Below, in pieces: positions 14,329-30,258 of a stretch of 64,000 nucleotides of DNA. The notes under the pieces are model-generated. The model ran no database searches and was not told where the DNA came from. It saw nothing but the letters and a program-made list of their open reading frames with translations. The stretch is from Eledone cirrhosa (taxonomy: Eukaryota). Both the position numbers and the translations under genes were made by a program. The first letter of the stretch is position 1, and each line of letters starts with the position of its first letter. The DNA is taken from contig OZ024748.1 in assembly GCA_964016885.1 (NCBI GenBank), positions 35,898,001 to 35,962,000 of the forward strand. The letters run 5' to 3'.

Positions 14329-14471
14329 TATAATATAGATCAGTTTTATAAACAAATATTAACATACCCTTAAAGAATGCAACCATGTCGGTTGGAAGCT
14401 CCCGGATAGTTGCATGGTTGCATTCTTTAAGGGTATGTCAATATTTGTTTATAAAACTGATCTATATTATA

Positions 14472-14532
14472 TTTTATCTGATGAAAGCGCACCATAATTT
14501 GCTTTGGTGTCCTTGAAATATGTATAATGAAA
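14472..14532 (+). ncRNA. Type I hammerhead ribozyme (family A)
   Basis: ttttat-CTGATGA-aagcgcacca...tggtgtcctt-GAAA-tatgtata-atgaaa. Confidence 0.8.
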
Positions 14533-14872
14533 TAAATATGGTTTTATAAATATAGTTTCCATTTGTTAATATATTGTATTTTTACTCCAAAAATTTGTTG
14601 AGTGCTTTATATGAGTTATAAAAATATTTGCTTGTTGTATCCCAACAAATTAAATATAACTTTTACATATATATATATATATATATATTGCCTTGGTTGC
14701 CCTTGAAATATATATAATAAAATAAATATGTTTATATAAATATAGTTTCCATTTATTAATATATTGTGTATTTACTCCACTAACTGTTGAGTGCTTTATA
14801 TCAGTTATAAACATTTTTAAGCTTGTTGAAATTTTTAAGCTTGTTGAATCCCAACAAATTAAATATAACCTC

Positions 14873-14911
<39 letters not shown>

Positions 14912-15316
14912 ATAAATTATCGAGATTCGCATTTCGGCCCACGAAATAATGAAAAACAACCTCCGAGATGTGAGGCAAGTGCTCAATGATTCAGATGAAC
15001 CAGGGCTATAACAAACGTTAAAGGCCAAACACACTGAGACGATGGTTAAACAATCATTCGCATAACCAAAAAAACGATCAAGTAATTCGGGTAATATATA
15101 TATATATATATATATATCAGAAAGGGTGTGGTAAAATACCAGGTGGACCATAACTTCTAAAGATCAGTTAGATTCCCGCCGTTCGAAGACCGGCAATTCA
15201 GTTCGGATCTAGCTGTCGAAACACCCGCAGGTCAGCCGTCGGCGTCCTGAATCTTTTCACACACACACACAAATACACATACATACACATATACATATAT
15301 ATATATATAGAGAGAG

Positions 15317-15425
<109 letters not shown>

Positions 15426-15484
15426 AATCCGTAGAAGAAGGATGAAGGAATCAGTGCTCAATCTGTTGCAAGAGGCCTTATTTA

Positions 15485-15530
<46 letters not shown>

Positions 15531-15814
15531 GGAGCGAGAGAGGGAGAGAGAGAGAGTTACAGAGGGTGGGGAGAAGATGAAGGCCATCACAGTATGATAT
15601 ATACTTTATATCCATAGATACCTGGTGACAGTTGGCCACCAGAAATGCCATAATCAGGCTACGTGCTGTGAATATAATACAGCGTCTAAAATAAAACCTG
15701 TCGACATTTTATATAAATTATGTCCAGTTCTGTAAAGACATTCTTCTCCTCCTTCTAACGGTTCAATACGACTTACAATTGCTCCCTAGATACTTTCTTT
15801 TCTATCTATCTATC

Positions 15815-16380
15815 TATTTTTTGTTATATTTTATTTTATTTTTATATTTTGTTATTGCCTCCTCCTTATTGAGGACGCCTTTTTGTGTAAACTCCCTCCA
15901 TTGTACTTGTCCCACTTTTGATGCCCTGGTGGAAAATAAAAGAAACATATCTATCTATCTAACCATCTGTTTATCTCTCCCCCCCCCTCTCTATCTCTCT
16001 CTATCTATCTATCTAACTTGGAAGAAGAATCAGGATGGAGAGAGAGAGGTGCTGTACCCCAGCAAGTTTTATGAAAGGTGGGTGAAAGTGGCGAGAATGG
16101 CCCGAGTGAATTGGCCTTCTCTCTATATCAGCCTGTAGGTTGAGGAAAAAGAGGAAGAGAGGAAAGGGGTACTCACTCTTCGTACTCCTAGAGATGAGGG
16201 TTGCACATTTTTTCGGGGGTATGTGTTACTCATATGTAATGTCTCCCCCTATTGGGGAAAATCGATTAATTTTTAAATTGCATTAGTGATAGGATTTTAC
16301 ACGTTTTTATTGAATGTAAACTTCCCCCTTTGTATTGTCCCCTTCTTTTGTGCCCCTGTGGCTAATAAAGAAACATATCT
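15815..16380 (+). mobile_element. Two short 3'-end fragments of the Tx1-like family within (TATC)n
   Basis: 15815-15948 is a 3' UTR; 16018-16378 is the ORF2 end (EREVLYPSKFYERWVKVAR) with a diverged UTR. Both end in aataaa(a)gaaacat-atct. Confidence 0.85.
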
Positions 16381-16799
16381 ATCTACATGTCTTTCTGTTA
16401 TCTATTTATGTATATATATCAATGTATATATTTTGGACAAGAACAGCCACGCTCAATTGCCATTAAGAGTCCGAAGATAGAGAGGTTGATAGACAGACAG
16501 GGAGACAGGGAGACAGGGAGAAAGGAAGACAGGGAGACAGGTAGATAGATAAAATACAGTTATTGTAATTTAGTGGGTATTTGTTAGAAAATGATTAAAC
16601 AAATATGGAAATTATTGAATTAATTTAAGTGAAAATAAAATATAATTTGGCGTCAGCCGGAGTGACCTGAGGGAGAAGGTCAAAGACAAATCAGATTTCA
16701 AGTCTCTTTAGAATGTTTTATCAAAGAATCATTGTATAAAATATTTGTTATTATTATAAAACCCGTCATTTTTGACAGGTACTATGCTAGAACATGTCA

Positions 16800-16851
<52 letters not shown>

Positions 16852-16933
16852 TAACATGTTCTAGCATAGATATATATATATATATATACTGACACATATA
16901 TATATATAAATATATATATGTATATACTGACAC

Positions 16934-17007
<74 letters not shown>

Positions 17008-17039
17008 TGACATATATATATATATATATATATATACTG

Positions 17040-17083
<44 letters not shown>

Positions 17084-17120
17084 TGACATATATATATATA
17101 TATATATATATATGTGTCAG

Positions 17121-17178
<58 letters not shown>

Positions 17179-17910
17179 CGTTTATCGTCTCATATTTTCC
17201 AGTAGCAGCTGTGGTTCTCGCCGCCATATGTGGATGTTTCGTAGTCATCGCTATTCTGCTGTTTATATGGAAAATCTACACCAAAAAGAGGCCCACTCCT
17301 TTGAGTTATGATGAAATCGATGCTGATACAAACGCTGCCCCATTACATGACACACCGTTCTGCAGCACAACATCGATAAAGTAAGTATAAACCTTAAGAA
17401 TTTGTATCATTACACCATGGGACTTTATATTAGGGGTTCAACTTAAGATTTGATATATCAACCAATCCATTTCTGGGGGTAATTCCGACTGAAGTTTGTT
17501 AGGGTCTCACATTAAATTCTCCCGGTATTTATTCAAATCCCGTCGAGGTCTACCTAACCTTTTATATTTTTGGGGTTAGTAAATCACGTACCAGTCATGA
17601 ACGGAGGGTAATGGGAGGCGGTTGGGTGGCTGGCTGGATTGGCGGAATTGTTTAAGAACCGGACGGGATGTTTGGGAATATGAGATCCGGATCTGGGTAC
17701 TCTGAGTTCAAATCCCACCTCTTTCTGCCTGGAGTGGCCACCAACACACACACAGTATCAGGAATAGAAAGAACCAATGGAAACATTGTTTCCTCAGTCC
17801 GATCTGAGGATAGGCAGCTTTCCGTATATATATATATATAGATCCAGCGAACTTCAACCGTTAAGGTTGTCTTTATGCGGGTATGTCAATATTTATAAAA
17901 CAAATTTATA

Positions 17911-17972
17911 TTTTATCTGATGAAAGCGCACCAAAATTTGCCTTGGTTGCCCTTGAAATATATATAATAAAA
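17911..17972 (+). ncRNA. Type I hammerhead ribozyme (family A)
   Basis: ttttat-CTGATGA(17917)-stem II-GAAA(17955)-tatatata-ataaaa; perfect 6-bp stem I. Confidence 0.82.
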
Positions 17973-18111
17973 TAATTATGGTTTTATAAATATAATTTCC
18001 ATTTATTAATATTAATATATTGAATATTTACTCCACTAATTTGTTGAGTGCTTTATATCAGTTATAAAAATGTTTAAGCTTGTTGAATCCCAACAAATTA
18101 AATATAACCTC

Positions 18112-18147
<36 letters not shown>

Positions 18148-18182
18148 GAGGTTATATTTAATTTATATATATATATATATAT

Positions 18183-20887
18183 ATGTTTCTTTTATTTTCC
18201 ACCAGGGCATCAAAAGTGGGACAAGTACAATGGGGGGAGTTTACAAAACAAGGCGTCCTCAATAAGGAGGAGGCAATAACAATATATAAAAATAAAATAA
18301 AATATAACAAAAAATAAAATTTATAACAAAGTCCTCAATAGAGAGGAGGCGCCTTGGGGGGTCGCACACACCCCCGAAAAAAGTGTGCAACCCTTCTCAT
18401 CAGGAGCACAGAGAAGGGGTGCTCCCTTGGTCTTTCATCTTCCTCACCTATAGTCTGATGTAGAGTGAAGGCCCATTCACACGGGCCATTCTCGCCACTT
18501 TCACCCATCTTTCATAGAAACGGCTGGGGTGCAGCACCTCTCTCTCCATCCTGATTCTTCTTCCGAAATGATATCGGAAGAAACGGACCAGTTGTTGGCC
18601 AGAGAGAAAGGTGTCTGACCTCAGTCCTTTCAGACGCCTCCACCATACAACCTCTTTCACCATGGCTATTACGCACAGAAACACCGCCTCTCCTTCGTTT
18701 TTGAAGAGGGGAGGCGGCTTGATCGTTACAATAGACTCGGTGGTCAACCGGATCGGTCCCACCCTTGACAGCAGTTGTTCGACATAGCCCCACAGATCGG
18801 CAATGCCCGAGCAGTGTACCAATGCGTGTGCAACGGTTTCCTCGTCGCACACGCATCTGGGACAGACCTTTTTCGATGGGTCCCTACCCGGGCGCCCGTG
18901 TCTGTAGAGCCTTTCTCGAACGGGCAGAGCCCTTCTGTAGCATTGCCAGGCCAGGGACCTCTGGAAGTTATCCATGGGTCCCGGGCTGAATGTCCTACCG
19001 AACAGGTTGGCCAGTTCGTCTTCCTCCATGCCTAGGGCTTCTCCGAGGGCGTCGTCGCACCTGCTAACCACCAGCCCTCTATAGAATGACGAGGTGGATT
19101 CTCCACTGACAGCCGGGTCCGCCTGCCAGAGAACCGTGAGCGCCTGGGCACACTCGGTGTGCCAGGCGCCCAGTTTTCTCGGTCTTTGCTTGACCCAGGA
19201 TTGCAGCTCGGTGAGTGAGACGAGTCTGGGAAAGGCTCGCCTCACAAACGGGGCCCATACCGGTTGACCGGAGAGGAATACCTGGAGGTGCCGTAGCCTT
19301 AATGCGTGTTTACGTATCATTAGCCACGTCATCCCCAGCCCTCCTTTCGAAGGGTGTTGACAGCAGATGGATCTCCTCACCATAGGAGCCCGCTTCTTCC
19401 AAAGGAATTGGAAGAGTGCGCGCTCCATTTTGGCGAGCGTTTCCCTTGGGCAAGGCACCACGGTCAGGCGGTAGTAGATGACGGACGCTATATAAGTGTT
19501 CGCCACCTCCGCCCGACCTTTCAGGGACAGTTTGCACTCGGCCCACTTCTGGGTCAGTGCAAACACCCTGCTCGTCACCTCACCCCAGTTCTTCTCCACC
19601 TGGAGGTCTGGTCCGAACCAGACCCCGAGCAATTTCACCGGGCCCTCCGTCCAGCGACCGACGACGCCATCGGAGGGCATCGATCTGCCCCTCCACGTGC
19701 CGAGTTGCAGACCGATCGACTTGTCCCGGTTCAGCTTAGCCCCTGTAAACCTTTCGTACTCCTCCAGTAAGGTGCCGATCGCCCCGATTTCCGAGGCCGT
19801 CGACACCATTACTGTTACGTCATCGGCGTAGGCTGACACCGCTTTCCGCAATCCCGGTCCCAACGGGATGCCCCGCTACAACTCCAACTTCCGCAGCAGT
19901 GGCTCTAGAGTCATTACATACAGAAGGGAGGAGAGAGGGCACCCCTGTCGGATGGACCGCGCGATTTCGAACGGCTCCGAGAGGTAGCCGTTCACCTTGA
20001 CCCTAGAGCAGATGCGGCTGCTGTGCATGGCATTGATCCAGCCCCTGAAAATGGGTCCGAAGCCTGCCGCCGCTAGCACCGCATCCAGGTAACCATGGTC
20101 GACCCTATCGAATGCCTTAGATTGATCCAAGTTGATCAGGGCCCCACCAAAGCCGGGTTCGTTCCCAACCCTCTCTATGATGTATCGCATGAGGTGGAGG
20201 TTATCGTGGATGGACCTGGACGGGATAGCACATGTCTGCGCATCTCCCACCAGGTTGCCCACGACAAGCGCCAACCTCTTTGCTAGCACCTTGGCCAAAA
20301 TCTGTAACTCTGTATTTAGCAGAGTTATGGGCCTGAAATTATTTATATCGTCCCCCTTGTTCTCGTCCTTCCTCACTAGCGTGACTACGCTCTTGGTCAC
20401 AGCACAGGGAATTCTCCCGTTCTGTCGCCAGTTGCAGTAGACCGCCTCGAGGAGTTCGGGGAACAAGTCCGGCATAGCTAGATATAGTTCGTATGGAAGA
20501 CCATCGAGACCCGGGGATTTGCGTTTGCCGCATTGGCTCAGCACGTCCTCTATCTCAGCGGCTGAAATCGGCTCCTCGCAGGACTTCGCCTCCCTGTCCG
20601 AAAGACGCAGCAGGCCGTCGAGGTATGGACCGAAGTCCACGTCCCCAACCGGCCCCCCCTCCCCTTCCGAACAATTCGGCAAAGTGCTTTTGAAAAGCCT
20701 CGCACATCTGCTTAGGTTCAAGGATCACCCGTCCATCCTGGTCTCGCAAAGACCGGATAGTGGATCTGCTCCCTCTTTTGGCTTCTGTCACGCGGGCCCA
20801 GCTAACAGCTTTGGTCCCCTCGTTTCCCAGAGCACGTATTTTGCTTCGGACGATGCAGCCTTCGTGTTTCGCGTCGAAGAACTGGCC
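18183..20887 (-). mobile_element. 5'-truncated L1/Tx1-clade retrotransposon copy (RT + zf-RVT)
   Basis: KSPGLDG, FRPITLLN, DQSKAFDRV, IRQGCPLS, AYADDV and CPRC..ETVAHALVHC motifs; premature stop at 19876-19878. Confidence 0.97.
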
Positions 20888-21715
20888 TAAGCTTCCCACC
20901 GTGGGTGTTTTAAATATATTCGAAAATATACTGTGAACAATCCACCCGGATATAATTGATTTGGTGAAATTTTGTAGAAGGAATGTTACAAAAAAAAATT
21001 ACATATATATATATATATATATATATATGTAGATAAATCTACCAAGAGTTTACGGTAGTGTCCAATCCGTATGAAGAACTCAATGTAATCCGGATATCAT
21101 GGAAAGAAGAGATGCAATGAAAAATCACTTTCGGTGAAAGATAAACGGAATACAGAGTCAAGATAAAATATTAAAAAAATAATGAATAAAACAATGAAAC
21201 AGTTCCTTATATTAAACAAAAAAAGTTCATTATTTAACGATCGTTTCTGGGATATATATGTGTTAGAATTGGCATGTATATTTAACAGATCTATGTACAA
21301 AATTATACAAAATTATACAAACTATCAAAATTAAATATACATACCAACTCATATATATGCCGTCTTCAGAAATAATATTTATTTCTGAAGACGGCATATA
21401 TATGAGTTGGTATGTATATTTAATTTTGATAGTTTGTATAATTTTGTATAATTTTGTACATAGATCTGTTAAATATACATGCCAATTCTAACACATATAT
21501 ATCCCAGAAACGATCGTTAAATAATGAACTTTTTTTGTTTAATATAAGGAACTGTTTCATTGTTTTATTCATTATTTTTTTAATATTTTATATATATATA
21601 ATTTTTTTTTGTAACATTCCTTCTACAAAATTTCACCAAATCAATTATATCCGGGTGGATTGTTCACAGTATATTTTCGAATATATTTAAAACACCCACG
21701 GTGGGAAGCTTAGGC
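20886..21715. repeat. ~830-bp palindromic element with hammerheads at the pivot
   Basis: Arms start gcctaagcttcccaccgtggg and its reverse complement; centre gccgtcttcagaaataa-tat-ttatttctgaagacggc. Confidence 0.92.
21379..21524 (+). ncRNA. Type I hammerhead with ~115-nt stem II (mirror copy at 21230-21375, minus strand)
   Basis: ttattt-CTGAAGA(21385)...GAAAC(21507)-gatc-GTT-aaataa; 6-bp stem I; palindromic stem III aacgatcgtt. Confidence 0.75.
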
Positions 21716-21989
21716 AAGTCTTTTGTTGTTACTCCTGGCAGTTGATGAGAAAAAGCAATGTTGACAAAGTAAAAATCTACATGCTAATATCATAAACAAA
21801 AAAAAAAAAGAAAAATAACAACAACTACAACAATGGCTGCGACAACAACAACTACAACAATAATTACATGAGGATATGAAGAAGAAGAAGGAAAAATAAA
21901 AATAAAAATAAAAATAAAAATAAAAATAAAAATAAAAAGAAAAAGAAAATAGTTCGAGAACAAGAAACAAGAAGAAAAAGATGATGAAG

Positions 21990-22010
21990 AAGAAGAAGAC
22001 CACCACCAAC

Positions 22011-22041
<31 letters not shown>

Positions 22042-22840
22042 TCAACACCAACACCACCACCAACAACAACAACACCACCACCAACAACAACACCACCACC
22101 ACTACCACCACAACCACCAACAACAACAACTCCACCACCAACAACAACAACACCACCACCAACAACAACAATACCACCACCACTACCACCACCACCACCA
22201 ACAACAACACCACCACCAACAACAATAACACCACCACCACTACCACCACCACCACCAACACCACTAACACCACCACCACCAACAACACCACCACCACCAC
22301 TACCACCACCACCACCACCACCACCATCAACAACAACAACAACACCACCAACAACAACAAAACCACCACCACTACCACCACCACCACCACCAACACCATC
22401 AACACCACCACCAACAACAACAACACCACCACCACTACCACCACCACCACCACCACCAACAACAACAACACCACCACCACCACTACCACCACCAACAACA
22501 ACAACAACAACAACACCACCAACAACAACAACAACACCACCACCACTACCACCACCACCACCACCGCCACCTCCATCTCTACTAGTACCACCACCACCAC
22601 CTCCACCACCACCACCACCAACAACACCACCACCACCACCACCACCAACAACAACACCACCACCACCACCACCACCACCACCAACAACAACAACACCACC
22701 GCCACCACCACCAACAACACCACCGACACCACCACCAACAACAACAACAACAGTAAACAGAACTGCCACACCACCACCTACACCACCAACAACACCACCA
22801 CCACCACCACCACCTCCACCACCACCACCAACAACAACGA
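21990..22840. repeat. (ACC/AAC)n compound trinucleotide microsatellite
   Basis: Direct inspection. Confidence 0.95.
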
Positions 22841-23840
22841 TAAAACATTCATTCACACAAAACTATTTTTTGAAAAGGTTTTTGCTGAGAGGAAATGAAA
22901 TAAGTTTAGGAAGAAGAGTAAAAGACAGACTTTTAATCAGACTCCTTTTGGAATATCTCACAACAATGGCGGAGTTTGTATTTTATTTCCGGTCTGAGTT
23001 GCTAATAGACGATCTGTTTCTTGTATCAATACGAGGCTAATCGGCGTGACGACACGGATACGTCATTTTAACAAGGTTAAATTGTTACTGTTGTTGTTGT
23101 TGTAGTTATTGTTGTTGTTGTATATTTTCTATCGTTGTTGTTGTTGTTTAATCTCAGGTGGGCTTTGAATGAACAGAACTGTGGTGAAAGGTGTTCTAAC
23201 CGAACCTACTCTCTCGCTCACTCTTTCCCGCTCTTCCCCATCTCTCTCACTCTTTCTCCCCCTCTCTCTCTTTTTCAGGTAATTTATCTAGAATTATGCA
23301 ATCCAATATTTGGCTACTGTTTCTAGCAGATCACATAGAAGCCGCCACACTAGGTAACTTCCAGTGTTCAAATCCGGCCGAGATTTACTTTGCCTTCCAT
23401 CCTTCTATCCTCCATACAATACCACAACCAGAAACCATTATTATAGCTATCACAACTACTATTGGTATTATAACAGTTACCACTGCCAACGGATAACATA
23501 GCTTGCATAGAGATGAACGAAAGGGGTAGACTTCCAGCTAACTGCAAACATAAAGATAATGCTTTCTGATTTAGGTACCAGGCCAACAATTTGACGGGAG
23601 GGGAAAGTCGATTAAATCGACCCCAGTGCATTACTGGGGTTTTATAAATGTGAGGAAAAACAAAATATACCTGTTTTTTGTCCAAAATCCTGACTGCAGT
23701 GTGTATCTTAAATATATATATAACCCTGTCTCTATTTTTGTAATCCCAAAGAAGGACATGTTGAACTTTCTTTCCCTTTTCCATATAAAGTGTGAAACTA
23801 ATAAGACTTTTTGCACCTCTGTTTGTTTATCGTTTCTTTG

Positions 23841-23886
<46 letters not shown>

Positions 23887-24041
23887 GTGGAACACTGGAA
23901 GGTAATATCCGTAGTAGTAGAGCACTCAGTCCATGGGACGAGTTAGGATCCGCTAAGGTATGGTGAACTAACTGTTGTATAACCACTTCTATATATATAT
24001 ATAAAAGATAATTTCGCTCTACATGGCTGAATACAATAAAT

Positions 24042-24232
24042 GTAATCTGAGTTTTTCGAATATTAATAATAACATTCGATTCGTTTGCAATTTTGCAAAC
24101 AAGCCTCAATTTTATAGCCATGTCAGGAGGATGAAGAGTTCATTCTCCTGACATGGCTATAAAATTGAGGCTTGTTTGCAAAATTGCAAACGAATCGAAT
24201 GTTATTATTAATATTCGAAAAACTCAGATTAC
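24042..24232. repeat. Near-perfect palindrome (~95-bp arms)
   Basis: Pivot catgtcaggag-gatgaa-gag-ttcatt-ctcctgacatg. Confidence 0.92.
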
Positions 24233-24310
24233 TTTTATATATATATATATATATATTAATAAAGGATCGGATGCCATATTCAATTGATTCAGGTTTATTT
24301 AAAACTCCGC

Positions 24311-24471
24311 TATACATATTTCACCGAGGACTATCAGTTATGACAGCCTGAGCTCTTCAGACGTTATACATATTTCACTGAGGACTATCAGTTATGACAG
24401 CCTGAGCTCTTCAGACGTTATACATATTTCACTGAGGACTATCAGTTATGATAGCTTGAGCTCTTCAGACG
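24311..24471 (-). ncRNA. Tandem array of three 54-bp hammerhead ribozyme units
   Basis: Unit on minus strand: cgt-CTGAAGA-gctcaggctgtca-taac-tgatagtcctcagt-GAAA-tatgtata-a(cg); units start at 24311, 24365 and 24419. Confidence 0.8.
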
Positions 24472-24575
24472 GTAAAACCTAAAAATAAACATTGTAATTT
24501 CCGAAGAAACCTTTACATTTTGAAAAATCCAATAATTTCCTCGGAAAAAATGTTTTTTTATAACACACACACACA

Positions 24576-24650
<75 letters not shown>

Positions 24651-24678
24651 GTATATATATATATATACATATATATAC

Positions 24679-24732
<54 letters not shown>

Positions 24733-24748
24733 CGGCGATGAATTAGTT

Positions 24749-25378
24749 TTGCGAGGTTTTTTATATGAAATCGTGTGTCGAAACAGATTATGGAACGACA
24801 ACCAGAGATATCAGAGTGTCATGTTTGTGGACGCCACCCCTGGAGGGAAATTAGCTAACCAGTGTAGAAAGGCCCTGAGAAAGACCCACTTAAAAATAAA
24901 GGTGGTAGAAAAGCCAGGAACCACCATAAAATCCCTGATCAGCAAAACCTACCCTTTTAAGAAAACCCACTGTACCAATAGGAAATGTATCATATGTAAG
25001 GTGAACCCCCGGATAAACTGTAAAACTAGAAACGTAGTCTATAGCATAAGATGTACAGAGGGTACTTGCAGAAACATGACAACAACATACATAGGTGAGA
25101 CAGCTCGTAGCATAGGTGAAAGGATAGACCAACACTGGGGGGAACTAAAAGGACGAAAAAACGGGTCAGTACTATACGAACATGCTAGACAACAACATGA
25201 CGGTAACATAGACAACATAGAAATTAGAATAATATCTAAACATAGGAATGACCCAGCAGATAGGCAAATCAGAGAGGCCAGTGAAATAGAAATTAGAAGA
25301 CCAAAGCTAAACAGAAAGAATGAGTGGAACAACAACAACACCCAAACAAACAACACTAAGAGAAGTATAAATAAGTAA
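24749..25378 (+). CDS. Penelope-like element C-terminal GIY-YIG endonuclease (5'-truncated)
   Basis: C-rich linker HCTNRKCIIC..NCKTRNVVYSIRC, YIGETARSIGERIDQH, RQIREASEI..PKLN. Confidence 0.88.
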   Translation: MRGFLYEIVCRNRLWNDNQRYQSVMFVDATPGGKLANQCRKALRKTHLKIKVVEKPGTTIKSLISKTYPFKKTHCTNRKCIICKVNPRINCKTRNVVYSIRCTEGTCRNMTTTYIGETARSIGERIDQHWGELKGRKNGSVLYEHARQQHDGNIDNIEIRIISKHRNDPADRQIREASEIEIRRPKLNRKNEWNNNNTQTNNTKRSINK

Positions 25379-25649
25379 ATAAAATTAAATAAAATAAGAT
25401 AAATAAATACATACACAAGCACAATAACAACAAGCACATAAACACACACTAGTCACCCAGCAGACACAACACTATACACACTAGTCTCACATCACACATA
25501 ACACTATACACACACGCAAACGCATGCACAAAGAAGACAAAATAAAATAAGATAAACAAACAAGCAAATAAATAAATAGATATATAGACAGACTGAACAA
25601 AAAAAAAATGGCGTAGACATACAACACAACAGGAGGAACAATGAATATA

Positions 25650-25695
25650 ACACCACTGACGATGTTGCAGATGTGCAACGAAAGATTTATGTAAA
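25650..25695 (+). ncRNA. Minimal hammerhead in the PLE 3' pseudo-LTR (mirror copy ~56862-56902, minus strand)
   Basis: CTGACGA-t-gttgca-gatg-tgcaac-GAAA-gattTA; stems I and III are weak. Confidence 0.6.
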
Positions 25696-25897
25696 TTATG
25701 TAAACTATATATATGTGTTTGCGTCTATATTGTATCTGTATTATTTTTGACCGTCGGTCAGTCAATGGCAACATTGAGGACCGAGTAAGTTAGATCGCAG
25801 ATATAAAAGACAGCGAGAAGCGAAAACCAACCAAACAGTGAGTGTGTTCTGTTATTAATTCTGGCAATATTACGCAAATATGACCCTCCCCAAATAT

Positions 25898-27560
<1,663 letters not shown>

Positions 27561-27592
27561 ATATATATATATATATAGATATAGATATGTAT

Positions 27593-27700
<108 letters not shown>

Positions 27701-28309
27701 GCACATTTACACATATGTATGTATGTATGTATATTCTCCGACGTGTATTGGCAACTCATAAGCAGCAACATGCATCAGAATCCATTGTAGACTTTGTTGA
27801 CCCGTTGTTGTCTATTTTCAAGTGAATATTGTTGTTTCAAGGCAATGTCTACTATTAAATGACGAAGTAACAGAGGAATCTCTCATTACAAGACTACAAT
27901 AGAACATTATATATGTCAACGATAAGATTATATAACTGTAAACAGTAGCTTTAGAATAAGCTCAGATGAATGCTAATTGCTTTGATGCACAATCAACGAC
28001 ATATTTGCTGATGTGATATATGAAAGCCTTTATCACATAATCCAGGTAATTCTAATTGTTCACTTCATCTGGTTAGTATTAGAAAGGATAATGAATGAGT
28101 AATGTTATATTTGTAGGGATTAGAAATGTTAAACCTTGTCATGGAATCATTTTAATTAGAAATGTTAAACCTTGTCATGGAATCATTTTAAATGTAGAAC
28201 TAAGTTTCACCACTCAAAGAAATGTTCCTGTGATGATGGCGATGATGATGATCACGATGATGATGATGATGATGATGATGAAGATGAGGATGATGAGGAT
28301 GATGATGAT

Positions 28310-28520
28310 GGTTTCTGATTTAGGCACAAGGCCAACAATTTTGGGGGAGGAGAAAGTCGATAAAATCGATACCATTGTATTACTGGTACTTTATTTTATC
28401 GACCTTGTAAGGATGAAAGGCAAAGCTAACCTCGGCGGAATTTGAACTCAGAACGTAAAGAGCCGGAACTATATACCGCAAAGCATGCTGTCTGTCGCTC
28501 TACCGATTCTGCCAATCCAG
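28310..28520 (-). mobile_element. Nin/Deu-domain SINE with (GAT)n at its 3' side
   Basis: ctggtactttattttatcgacc..aggatgaaaggcaaag..cctcggcggaatttgaactc. Confidence 0.8.
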
Positions 28521-28852
28521 AGCCCTCATAAATACATCAAGTATTAAAAGTTGTTGACACTTTCATTGATACAGGAGGTACAGAAATTTTATTCGCACCT
28601 TTCTTTCCATTAATATGAAATTGTTGATTAAATCTACTTCTATAATTACTATGGTTTCTGCGATATACAACAAGGTAGATACTTTCTGGTGGCCATGTTA
28701 CACCTAACGACAATATTTATGAAAATGAATGATATTAGTAAACTTTTATTGCTGGGGCAAATGTTTAAGGTTAAACCACAAATTGAGATAAAACCAGAGA
28801 TATAAATGTACTTTACCTCCTACTCAATTAGTCTTTTTGAGTGTTCATTTGA

Positions 28853-29075
28853 CAGTTTATCTTACTTGTGGTCGTCCTATGTCATTATTTGGCCGTTTGT
28901 CTTATCTGTGTCTTCATGTGATTGTTTATCACACCTGTAAACGTCCTGTGTCTCCAGGTAATCGTTTATCTCACCTGTGATCTTCTTGTGTCTCCAGGTA
29001 ATAACATATCTCACCTGTGGTCTTCCTGTGTCTTCATTTGATAGTTTATCTCACTTGTGGTCGTCGTGTGTCTCT
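28853..29075. repeat. ~35-bp degenerate minisatellite (~6 units)
   Basis: gtttatctcacctgtggtcttcctgtgtct repeated. Confidence 0.8.
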
Positions 29076-30258
29076 ATATATAGTTCCTATTTTGCTATTA
29101 GTTAAACATCTACAGGTAATCTTCATATAAAAGTAATCCACATTTATCAATGTCTCATTACCCTTTAAGAGAGTCACAAAATGTGATTTAAATAATCCCA
29201 CATGTGTTGTTAAGAAGAGTTGATGAATTTCAAACGGTCGTACTTGAAACCGATGTCTCCGAGGTAGCTACATCCGGTATATTGCTGTGAAATAATCTTC
29301 CTATAGTTTATTTCCCAAGAACATTAACAATCACCAACAAAAATATACTTCTCTTCAATGGGAAACCTTAGCTATTATGAAAATGTGAGACAGAGAAGAT
29401 AATGTTTAATTGCAAAACCTTTTCAACTAACTTTAGATCAAGAAAATATTGGTTTTATTGTCAACATAAGCGGCCATTAAAAGTTAAAAATACTATGTAA
29501 TAAAAATGTAATAAAAATGTTGTTAGTGGCTGGAATATTCTGGGTGTCTTTACAATATGTTATATCATTCTAAGAAAGAAAATACTTTTAATGATGGGTT
29601 CTCTAGATTTTCTTTTGTCTGTGTTTGTTTTTTTTCAAATATTTCTCCTTGTCATCTTCATTAAACTCTTTGGCAGTTCTGTCAGTGTTTGTATAGAAAA
29701 CCTAGTTTTAGACTTTCGGAGCGGAGTTAGCTGCCCGCGGAGGCAAGCCCCGCAGGTGAGAGCTCTGCTGGGTGGAGTGGCTGTTCCACTACCCTCAAAT
29801 AACCTAAAATGAAGGAGGGACTGTGTAACTAATGGTTTATATTAGAAAGTTAAAATTATATTTGTGTCGTATCTGGGATACGAACTCCTACCGACATATT
29901 TGATGTTGTGTTGTAGACTTATTACTGGAATGAGATAAATATATTGGGCGTCATTATTCACAGTGTGAGCACATTAACACATACACACGCACACACACAT
30001 ACACACACGCGCGTAGGTACACATACACACACGTAGGCACTCACACACACGCAGATACACACGTAGGCAAACGCACACACAAAAACACAGACTCAGATAC
30101 ACACGTAGGCACACACACATACACACACACACTCACACACACACACTCAGACACAGGTGGGCAAACACACACACACAGGTACATATATATATGTGCACAC
30201 ACAAACAGGTACGAATATATATATACACGCGTGTGTATGTGTGTGTTTCCTCTCAATG

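Larger units (their letters stand above)
14224..14577. repeat. Palindromic fold-back element with one hammerhead per arm
   Basis: ~163-bp arms around the spacer tcggttggaagctcccggatagttg. Confidence 0.92.

Noticed and set aside
21710-22898. 300+ aa poly-V, poly-G and poly-T/N ORFs
   Set aside because: Trinucleotide repeat open in several frames; no coding evidence.
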